From: Candidatus Ratteibacteria bacterium
GTDB lineage: Bacteria; Ratteibacteria; UBA8468; B48-G9; DTJG01
Assembly: GCA_049971295.1 (NCBI GenBank)
Contig: JBMFLH010000050.1
Span: 1 to 14,696, forward strand
DNA length: 14,696 nucleotides
Direction: 5' to 3'
Shown: in pieces, positions 7,598-14,696 of the stretch
How the letters are laid out: every line of letters starts with the position of its first letter
Numbering within the stretch: position 1 is the stretch's first letter
Notes under the pieces: model-generated
What the model was told of the DNA's origin: nothing
What the model saw: only the letters and a program-made list of their open reading frames with translations
Databases searched by the model: none
Translations under genes and position numbers: made by a program

Positions 7598-8879
7598 AAG
7601 AATGACAGAGGTTCTTCAGAATGACCGTATAATAGATACTTGGTTTAAGCCATTGAAAATCAATAAGATAGAGAATGATGTAATATACATAGAAATTCCC
7701 AATCATCTTTTCTATAAAGGTCTTGAACCGTTTCTGGATAGATTTAGGGATATTCTTGCTGAAACACTTGGGTTTTTGCCTGAATTACAGTGGGTTTTAC
7801 CCGAAGGTCCTATGACCAGCGTGAAGGAAAATTATGAAATCAGAGAACACTCCCTGGGTGAAAGTTTGAACCCTGACTACGTTTTTGAAACCTTTGTTGT
7901 TGGACCATGTAATAGATTGGCACATGCAGCCAGTCTTGCTGTGGCTCAATCGCCCGGCATGGCGTATAATCCACTTTTTATCTATGGTGACGTTGGGCTT
8001 GGAAAAACGCATCTCATGCAGGCAATAGGACATCTGATTGGCAGATCTATCCAGCATGCAAATATCGCTTATATGCCCTGTGAGATATTCATGAACCAGT
8101 TCATTCAAAGTATCCAGACCAAGACCGCCCATTTATTTAGAAATAAGTTCAGGAATGCAGATATATTACTAATTGACGACATTCACTTTCTTGCGGGTAA
8201 AGAAGGTACACAGGAGGAGTTTTTCCATACCTTTAATGCCCTTTATGACCAGAGAAAACAAATCGTACTTTCCAGCGATAGACCACCAAAAGAAATTGCA
8301 GACCTTGAAAAACGTCTCGTTTCAAGATTTGAATGGGGGCTCGTTGTAGACCTTCAACCGCCTGACTTTGAAACCAGGGTTGCAATACTGAAGAAAAAGT
8401 GCGAAACAAAACACCTCGTTTTAAGCGACGATGTGATCTTTTATCTTGCAGAAAACATCAGTGGCAATGTTAGATTGCTTGAGGGCGCTCTCAATAGATT
8501 GGTAGCAATTTCTTCTTTATTTGACCAGAAACTTAATATTGATATTGCAAAAGAATATCTTAGAGAAATGTTGGTTTCCCAGAAAAAACTCATTACAATT
8601 CAAAAAATTCAGGAGGTTGTCGCAGAATATTTTAGAATCAGTATTCATGACCTGAAAAGTCAACGCAGAGTAAAAAATCTTGTTATTCCAAGGCAGATTG
8701 CGATGCATCTTGCGCGTGAAATGACAGCCAGTTCCCTTACAGCGATTGCCGAAGAATTTGGTGGTAAGGACCATACCACTGTAATACACGCGTGTAAAAA
8801 AATAAAGTTGGCGATAGAAGAGGATGCAAACATTAGATCTATTGTAAGTAGAATTATTGACATTTTAAACTCAAAATGA
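7545..8879 (+). CDS. dnaA: Chromosomal replication initiator DnaA
   Basis: Domain I (W..VL..TWFKPL), LNPDYVFETFVVG, YNPLFIYGDVGLGKTHL, LLIDDI, QEEFFHTFN, RL.SRFEWGL and GGKDHTTVIHA. ATG 7545 has GGAG at 7534-7537 and overlaps the secA stop (ATGA). Confidence 0.99.
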   Translation: MTENSVDKLWKIWENVLKRMTEVLQNDRIIDTWFKPLKINKIENDVIYIEIPNHLFYKGLEPFLDRFRDILAETLGFLPELQWVLPEGPMTSVKENYEIREHSLGESLNPDYVFETFVVGPCNRLAHAASLAVAQSPGMAYNPLFIYGDVGLGKTHLMQAIGHLIGRSIQHANIAYMPCEIFMNQFIQSIQTKTAHLFRNKFRNADILLIDDIHFLAGKEGTQEEFFHTFNALYDQRKQIVLSSDRPPKEIADLEKRLVSRFEWGLVVDLQPPDFETRVAILKKKCETKHLVLSDDVIFYLAENISGNVRLLEGALNRLVAISSLFDQKLNIDIAKEYLREMLVSQKKLITIQKIQEVVAEYFRISIHDLKSQRRVKNLVIPRQIAMHLAREMTASSLTAIAEEFGGKDHTTVIHACKKIKLAIEEDANIRSIVSRIIDILNSK

Positions 8880-8960
8880 TTCACAGTTTATTAATAATGT
8901 AAGTGCCGTTTTTTGAGTTAGAAAAAAGAAATTAACACGTCCTACTGTTTTTATTACTGA
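8877..8960 (+). other. Putative oriC unwinding region (degenerate DnaA boxes, GC spacer, DnaA-trios)
   Basis: TGATTCACA 8877-8885, TTATTAATA 8888-8896, AAATTAACA 8929-8937, CGTCC, then TAC TGT TTT TAT TAC TGA 8943-8960. Located in the AT-rich dnaA-dnaN spacer. Confidence 0.65.
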
Positions 8961-8971
8961 AAGGAGACAAT

Positions 8972-10072
8972 ATGGAAATAGTAATAGAAAAACAAAAACT
9001 GCTTGATGCTCTTGATAAAATTTCAAAGATTCTTCCTTCCAAACCAGTGATTACAACAACAGGGGGAATTTTATTGGATGGGAAAAAAGATGGCATTGCT
9101 CTAACAGCAACTGACTTACAACTAACAATAAAAATTTTTGTTGAAGCAACTGTAAAAGATAAAGGAATTATTTTAATACCAGGAAAAAATTTTATTTCCC
9201 TGATTAAAAAAATTCCTGAAGAAAGCATTAAAATTACAACCAGAGAAAATAGTATGATAGTGGAAAATAAGTCGTTTCAGTACAAATTTTTACTCATGGA
9301 TGCCGAAGACTATCCTAAACTTCCTGCAGAAAAAGAACAAACTTCTGAATCCGGAGATCTTGTAATATCTTCATCAATTCTTTTTGATATGATAAAAAAG
9401 ACAAGTTACTGCATTAACCCTGATGAACCAAGAATATACTTCAGGGGCGTCTTAATGGAAAAAAAAGAGGGCACTTTAAATATGGTGGCAACCGATACAA
9501 GAAGGCTATCCCTTATTAGAAAAGAAATTCAGGGACAAGGACAAGTAAAAATTATTCTTCCGTTAAGACTAATTGATGTATTCCCTGTAATTTTTAAGGA
9601 TGGAGAAGTTTCAATGAGTTTTTCTAAAAACCAAATTACTCTGAAATCTGATAGAACAACACTGATATCCCAGCTTTTGGAGGGAGAATTTCCAGACTAT
9701 GAAAAGGTAATCCCTGCGTCTAATAGAACAGGAACTGCCATTATTAAAACTGAGCCATTGCTCAGCAGTTTAGAGCGACTTTCTCTGATGTCATCTGAAA
9801 GTGTTAGTTCAGTAAAGATGAACTTTAGAAAAAATCTTCTTGTGTTGAATATAGAAAGCCCTGAAAGTGGTTCGGGTGAGGAAAAGATTAACATGGATTA
9901 CTCTGGTGCAGAAAATACCATTGTATTTAATCCAGAATACATCATTCAGTTTCTTAAAACCGTAGAACAAGAAGAAATAGAGTTTTTTTTCCAGGATCCA
10001 GTGAAGCCAGCGAGGTTATGTGGCAAAGGAAACCAGGAATATATTTACGTTGCGATGCCAATGAGACAATGA
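8972..10072 (+). CDS. dnaN: DNA polymerase III beta sliding clamp
   Basis: Motifs LTATDL, DYPKLP, MVATDTRRLS, LLEGEFPDYEKVIP, FNPEYI and C-terminal VAMPMR. AAGGAG SD upstream, 366 aa. Confidence 0.99.
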   Translation: MEIVIEKQKLLDALDKISKILPSKPVITTTGGILLDGKKDGIALTATDLQLTIKIFVEATVKDKGIILIPGKNFISLIKKIPEESIKITTRENSMIVENKSFQYKFLLMDAEDYPKLPAEKEQTSESGDLVISSSILFDMIKKTSYCINPDEPRIYFRGVLMEKKEGTLNMVATDTRRLSLIRKEIQGQGQVKIILPLRLIDVFPVIFKDGEVSMSFSKNQITLKSDRTTLISQLLEGEFPDYEKVIPASNRTGTAIIKTEPLLSSLERLSLMSSESVSSVKMNFRKNLLVLNIESPESGSGEEKINMDYSGAENTIVFNPEYIIQFLKTVEQEEIEFFFQDPVKPARLCGKGNQEYIYVAMPMRQ

Positions 10073-10356
10073 AAGAAAAAAAAATGTCAGATATTGTTTC
10101 AGATGTATTGAAAAATATTGGTAAAGCTCAATTGCCTCGCTATGAAGGAATCATTGACTGGGACAAAATCTGGGCAGAGGTATGTGAGGAGGCCAGGCCT
10201 CATAGTTATGTTCTGAAGATTGATAAAGAAACTCTGTTTGTCAGGGTAAAAAACTCTGCATGGATTCTTGAACTCAAGAAAAACGAAAAAGAGATTATCA
10301 GTAAACTTCAAGCCAGAACCGGAAAAAAATTAGGAAAAATTAAATTTGTCCGCTAA
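10069..10356 (+). CDS. dciA: DciA / DUF721 replicative helicase loader family protein
   Basis: Pattern W..IWAEV..EARPHS.V..I..ETLFVRV.NSAW..EL....EII.KL......I.F, position directly after dnaN, and ATGA overlap with the dnaN stop. 95 aa. Confidence 0.85.
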   Translation: MKEKKMSDIVSDVLKNIGKAQLPRYEGIIDWDKIWAEVCEEARPHSYVLKIDKETLFVRVKNSAWILELKKNEKEIISKLQARTGKKLGKIKFVR

Positions 10357-10357
10357 G

Positions 10358-13300
10358 TTATTGATAATAGATTTTCACAAAATCAGTTTCCTGTAACGGC
10401 AATGAAAACCGGATTCTGTCTGCATGCTGGCTAAATTTTATTTGTCCTTGGCGTACACTTTCAACCTTCATAACGCGTTTTAGCGGTTTCACCTCGAGAG
10501 TTAATGCTGTTATTGGTTGAAAAGTATAATTTGAAAGTACAAGCACGCTTCCTTGTTTTGCGTCCATTACAACCGCATCAACAAGATCAACAGAACATAC
10601 GACAGGCAGATTGACCCCTGCCTGATATGCTGGCATGCAGATGAGATTTCTATATTCTTCGGGGTATTGCCAAGGTTCAAATGCCCTTTTAATCAACTGC
10701 TGGTCTGTTGCAATTTTTGAAGGGTCAGGTTCCTGTATTTTTTCAATCTCGCCAGTTTCCTTCATTAACTGATTTCTTGCTATCAATGCCTTTCTCATGT
10801 AAGCAATAGCGGGAAGAAATCCATAACAATAAACCTTACCCCTGCCTGTCTTTCCCATAACAATAGATGGGCTTGCATCAGAAAATGTACCAAGAATTAT
10901 TGAGCCAGGTTTGGGCTTCAAGGTTTGTTTGACAGAAAGGACATCAAGAACTCCGCCACTTTCTTTCACAACCACTGTATCTGCAACAGATAGTGAGTCG
11001 AGGTATCTTCCACTATTAAGGTATCTTGCATTTTCTACAATGCAAGAGCGTTCAGCAGGCAGTATCGGATCAAGAATTTTCATCGGTCTATTAAATTGGT
11101 CTTTCATACCTGCTCCAGCAGTAAGTACCAGAACACCGCCTTTTAATACCCACAATTTTATTTGTTCTGCGGCTTTTTCGGTTATTGCTGTTCCAGAAAA
11201 ATATGCTACCTTGTATTTAGTAAGCCAGCCTTCTTCAATCATCTTTTCTGATAAAAAATCTACTGGTATTTGCCTATGGGTAAGGGCAAGCCATGTATGC
11301 ATCCTCTCAAAACCAAATGCATAGTTATACCCCATTTCCCATATGTCTGCTGATGAGGAATAAATGATAGCAACCTCACTTTTTCTTTTCTTTGCTGGAT
11401 ACAGAAGGTCTTCTGCTGCTCCAATTTCCCTCACAATTTCAGCCAGTGCATACCACATATCTGTCCGTGCCTGTATAGAATGGTTATTCCATGGAGGGCC
11501 TGCTTCATGCGCAGACCAGACAGGTCCATACCAGTATGCGTTCAAAATTTTGTTATCTCTGGCAACATGGCTTGCAGTGTATGTTTTCATTGTCCAGGAC
11601 GACCTACCAGCATATCCAATAAGATAGTGCCCAATAACCTGATTGTATTTCATGGCAGCAGATCGCATCAATTCAGAATTATAACAAGTGCATTGCCTGG
11701 TTGATGAACCATTTGCCCAATCCTCACTCCAGATAGAGTTCTGCTCGGCAGAGTCAAGAAGGTCAAAATAGTCAACACCTGTGCAACCAAAGTTTGCAAC
11801 ATATACTGCGCCATCAGAAAAATTGACATTCACAGGAAACGAACCGCCATACGCTTTTTCCAGCACCTGCCTTTGAAGACCGAGAAGCTTTCCAAGAGCA
11901 TATGTCCTGAACTTATTGGTATAATAGAAAAGTTCAGGATGACTTTCTTTCTGTGTTGAATCAACAGCTTTTACTTCTTCCCAGGAACCAACATTCAAAG
12001 TTTGAGGACTTTGCTTTATTTCCTGTAAATATTTTCTAAAACAGTTAGTGCAAATTTCGCACGACATCATGTGTTCAATAGAAAGCCCACCAGGTTCATC
12101 CATTGTCATACAATAGGCAATGTCCTGAATTCTCTTTCCCTCTTTTCTGAACTGTTCTGCTTCCTGTTTTGCTGTGTTTTCAACATCTACGGTATCCACT
12201 CCGCAGTAACATGAATAATTTTTTCTCAGCCCGGCATTCCATACATTGGAAGGAAGAATAATTTTTTCTCTGTTTGAAAAGCCAAAGTAATCGAGGGTCT
12301 TCCATTCTCTATCAAAAACTCTTTTATCTATTGGAGCCACGACGGGGCTAATTTGCTCAGGGACAGTGGGAAGATTTGCAGAAACAAAAAACGGGAAAAT
12401 TGATGGTTTTTTACCGATGTCTGGCCATTTCATGTTATCTGCAATTGAGCCGTATTTTTCTGCAAGGGCAAGGTCTGTAGTGAATTTATCAGGGTTTTCC
12501 TTGAAATCAGGAGGAATAATGATTCGCATAGAACCTGTGACAGAGCGTTCTATTACCTTTACGATGGAATTTTCATCCGGTTGGGTGGCAAATTCAATCC
12601 TGGCATTCAATGATGGTGCAATTTCAGCATACGAGTATCTGGCAGAAAGAGTCATATTCACGCCAGAATCAAAATACATCAGTTTAGTAATGTTCAGCCA
12701 GTCAGTTTTTTGATTGTTGTTGAAAAAGGTATCTTTACCTTTTGATGGCTGAACCGACATTTCGAGCCCGGCGAGAGATAGGGCATAATGCGCATACCAC
12801 AAAGCTCTGTAATAGTTGCAGAAAATATGAATGTAAAAAGGTTTTTCATGCCCATCCCCAAATGTAATTCTGAGATAGAGTTGAGGACCATAAGGGGTAT
12901 TATCTGGCTGTTGGTTTAACTGGTCTGTAATCAAAATGCAATCAATGGCTCTTGTGTAATAATAATAGGGAGCATTCCTGTCAATTTTGCTGATAACAAT
13001 TTTATATGTGTTAGGTTCAAGATGGGTCTCAATATCATCCCAGACATAGTCAAGGTCAACATATTCGTTTTTTCTTTTTACATCAAAGTCCTTTTCTGCA
13101 ATTTTCTTTTCGCCAGAAAAAATATCAATATGGAATGGGCCCCTGTAATAATAAGATTGGAGATATCTCACCCATATTTTGTAGGTCGCAGGATTTTTAA
13201 TTACAAATGTTTTTGATGCAGTTGAGTTAAATTCACCGCCAGCGCCATATAGAACCTTCATCCATGTTGCCTGCCTTGCAATGTAACCTGTCTGATTAGG

Positions 13301-13420
13301 TATCCAGCCATTACCATGTACTTCAAAAGTATTGGCATCCAGAAAAAGCGTTTCTGAGAAACACAGACAGGCAGAGACCAAAAGTAAAAAACTCACAGTC
13401 CACAACCGTGCTGTTTTCAT
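10358..13420 (-). CDS. Large exported protein, GH42/clan GH-A-like glycoside hydrolase with beta-galactosidase trimerization domain
   Basis: Signal peptide (possible lipobox VSAC), N-terminal beta-sandwich (YKIWVRY..RAIDCILIT), MDEPG..CEICTNCFRKYL, WSEDW, and a trimerization-domain pattern EVAIIYS..ALTHRQIPVDFLSE..WVLKGGVLV.TAGAG..DQFNRP. Confidence 0.65.
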   Translation of the reverse strand: MKTARLWTVSFLLLVSACLCFSETLFLDANTFEVHGNGWIPNQTGYIARQATWMKVLYGAGGEFNSTASKTFVIKNPATYKIWVRYLQSYYYRGPFHIDIFSGEKKIAEKDFDVKRKNEYVDLDYVWDDIETHLEPNTYKIVISKIDRNAPYYYYTRAIDCILITDQLNQQPDNTPYGPQLYLRITFGDGHEKPFYIHIFCNYYRALWYAHYALSLAGLEMSVQPSKGKDTFFNNNQKTDWLNITKLMYFDSGVNMTLSARYSYAEIAPSLNARIEFATQPDENSIVKVIERSVTGSMRIIIPPDFKENPDKFTTDLALAEKYGSIADNMKWPDIGKKPSIFPFFVSANLPTVPEQISPVVAPIDKRVFDREWKTLDYFGFSNREKIILPSNVWNAGLRKNYSCYCGVDTVDVENTAKQEAEQFRKEGKRIQDIAYCMTMDEPGGLSIEHMMSCEICTNCFRKYLQEIKQSPQTLNVGSWEEVKAVDSTQKESHPELFYYTNKFRTYALGKLLGLQRQVLEKAYGGSFPVNVNFSDGAVYVANFGCTGVDYFDLLDSAEQNSIWSEDWANGSSTRQCTCYNSELMRSAAMKYNQVIGHYLIGYAGRSSWTMKTYTASHVARDNKILNAYWYGPVWSAHEAGPPWNNHSIQARTDMWYALAEIVREIGAAEDLLYPAKKRKSEVAIIYSSSADIWEMGYNYAFGFERMHTWLALTHRQIPVDFLSEKMIEEGWLTKYKVAYFSGTAITEKAAEQIKLWVLKGGVLVLTAGAGMKDQFNRPMKILDPILPAERSCIVENARYLNSGRYLDSLSVADTVVVKESGGVLDVLSVKQTLKPKPGSIILGTFSDASPSIVMGKTGRGKVYCYGFLPAIAYMRKALIARNQLMKETGEIEKIQEPDPSKIATDQQLIKRAFEPWQYPEEYRNLICMPAYQAGVNLPVVCSVDLVDAVVMDAKQGSVLVLSNYTFQPITALTLEVKPLKRVMKVESVRQGQIKFSQHADRIRFSLPLQETDFVKIYYQ

Positions 13421-14562
13421 ATTTTTTCTCTTATTTTGCGGGATAAATCGCAGTAAAGACGAACCCTTTCAACAGATGTCTCTGGTGTTACAGGACTACC
13501 CAGGGACATCACAAACTTCCTTTTATTTTTTACTCCTGCCTTTAACTGTCTTTCTATTTCCTGTTTCAATTGTCTTTCTTCAGCGTGCGGGAGCAAATTG
13601 ATTGCATCCAGATTGCCAAATACTGTACACCTTCCATCAACAACATCAACTACCTTTTCAATATCAATCTGAAAATTTTTCTTGCCCTCTTCAAAGGCAA
13701 TAGCATCAGCACCTGCCTGAAGGATTTTATCCATTCTATCCCATGGATTTCCACAGTAGTAATAAATACTTTTTCCTCCAGCAACCCTGATGGCATCAAT
13801 AAGTTTTTTTAAGTATGGAAGGTTAAACCGTTCAAATGCGCTGGGGCTGATCATATCTGTCATACATTCTTCTATCCATATCAGTTCTGCTCCGCAGGAA
13901 ATGTAATGCTGGACACGGCCAGTTTCAATTTCAACAAATCGTTCACAACCGTACTTTATGAGTTCAGGATGGGTTGCAATTGTTGTCATCAGTCCTTCAA
14001 AGCCAAAAGTCCCATACATCCTCCATAGCGGGGATGCAACATGGGAAAATGGCATTTTATCTGGAAATTTTTCAATCAGGCCAAAGGCAAGATCTCCATG
14101 ACCCTGACTAACAAACTCATCTCTATTAAATTTTTCAGGTCGTTCTGGAAGAAGTTTTTCTAACTCATTAATGTTTTCTGGCGGTTTTTCTTTTTTTACT
14201 GACTGAACTATTCCTGAAACAGACCAGCCAGATACTACTGGTTTACTGAATCGTTTTTCTGTGTTTTGTTTCTTATCCCTGATAATGATGCTATCGTTAA
14301 GTATTTTTACTTCTATATTTTTTCTCTGCGACCGACTGTAAAAAGGATAAACAACAAACCAGTCCTGATTGATTTTTGTGATAACATCCTGGTTCCACTT
14401 TATCTGACTTTCAATATCAGGAAGATGAACAATATACCATGGAAGTTCTGTAAGTTGTTCCCAGTGGTCTCTGATGAAGACGCCCTCATAACATATTACG
14501 ACAGGAAATTCTGGTGTTCCATTTTCAGAAAAAGCCGCCCTTATTTTTTCTTTACCTGTCAT
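13417..14562 (-). CDS. Uroporphyrinogen decarboxylase (URO-D)/MtaA-fold family protein, not HemE
   Basis: Motifs MTGKEKIRAAF, FGFEGLM..IATHPELI, GAELIWIEE, MISPSAFERFNLPYLKKLID, YYCGN and TVFGNLD. ATGA overlap with the downstream gene. Confidence 0.85.
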   Translation of the reverse strand: MTGKEKIRAAFSENGTPEFPVVICYEGVFIRDHWEQLTELPWYIVHLPDIESQIKWNQDVITKINQDWFVVYPFYSRSQRKNIEVKILNDSIIIRDKKQNTEKRFSKPVVSGWSVSGIVQSVKKEKPPENINELEKLLPERPEKFNRDEFVSQGHGDLAFGLIEKFPDKMPFSHVASPLWRMYGTFGFEGLMTTIATHPELIKYGCERFVEIETGRVQHYISCGAELIWIEECMTDMISPSAFERFNLPYLKKLIDAIRVAGGKSIYYYCGNPWDRMDKILQAGADAIAFEEGKKNFQIDIEKVVDVVDGRCTVFGNLDAINLLPHAEERQLKQEIERQLKAGVKNKRKFVMSLGSPVTPETSVERVRLYCDLSRKIREKI

Positions 14563-14628
14563 ATTTTGTAATGTATTAGCTTCAAAAAGTCAAATTACTT
14601 TGATTCTGTCAAAATACAGTCATATCAA

Positions 14629-14657
14629 AGCATAGCACACGATTAACCCCCTGTCAA
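14629..14657 (-). promoter_or_regulatory. Sigma70-type promoter for the URO-D-like / GH42-like operon
   Basis: TTGACA (14657-14652), 17-bp spacer with extended TG, TATGCT (14634-14629). Confidence 0.7.
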
Positions 14658-14696
14658 AAAAATTCTCCATACTACTCAAAGCCAGTAATAACAACA

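Noticed and set aside
8782..8799. Palindrome TACACGCGTGTA / two back-to-back 2-mismatch DnaA boxes / parS-like site in dnaA
   Set aside because: It encodes the conserved VIHAC motif, matches parS (TGTTTCACGTGAAACA) poorly, and 2-mismatch boxes are frequent background.
8857..8897. TTGACA in the dnaA 3' end as a dnaN promoter
   Set aside because: There is no acceptable -10 at 16-18 bp spacing.

Overview
AT-rich bacterial chromosomal segment that very probably contains the replication origin. The left arm (minus strand) runs from a flavodoxin/iron-sulfur flavoprotein through an FkbM methyltransferase, ftsB-like gene, serS and an M20 amidohydrolase to an 88-aa hypothetical gene. Divergent from it on the plus strand is an unusual unit, tRNA-Phe(GAA)-secA-dnaA-dnaN-dciA, with no rpmH upstream of dnaA and no recF or gyrB after dnaN. 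Convergent with this unit are a URO-D-fold protein and a large secreted GH42-like protein. Four observations stand out. (1) SecA has an 8-cysteine, ~39-aa insertion in its variable region. (2) dnaA is coupled to secA by an ATGA overlap, and a DnaA-box cluster lies inside the first codons of dnaA. (3) A DnaA-box/GC-spacer/DnaA-trio unwinding module lies in the dnaA-dnaN spacer. (4) A structured leader sits between a CCA-less, G15-G48 tRNA-Phe and secA. No mobile element or CRISPR array was seen. All family assignments come from motif recognition by eye, not from database searches.
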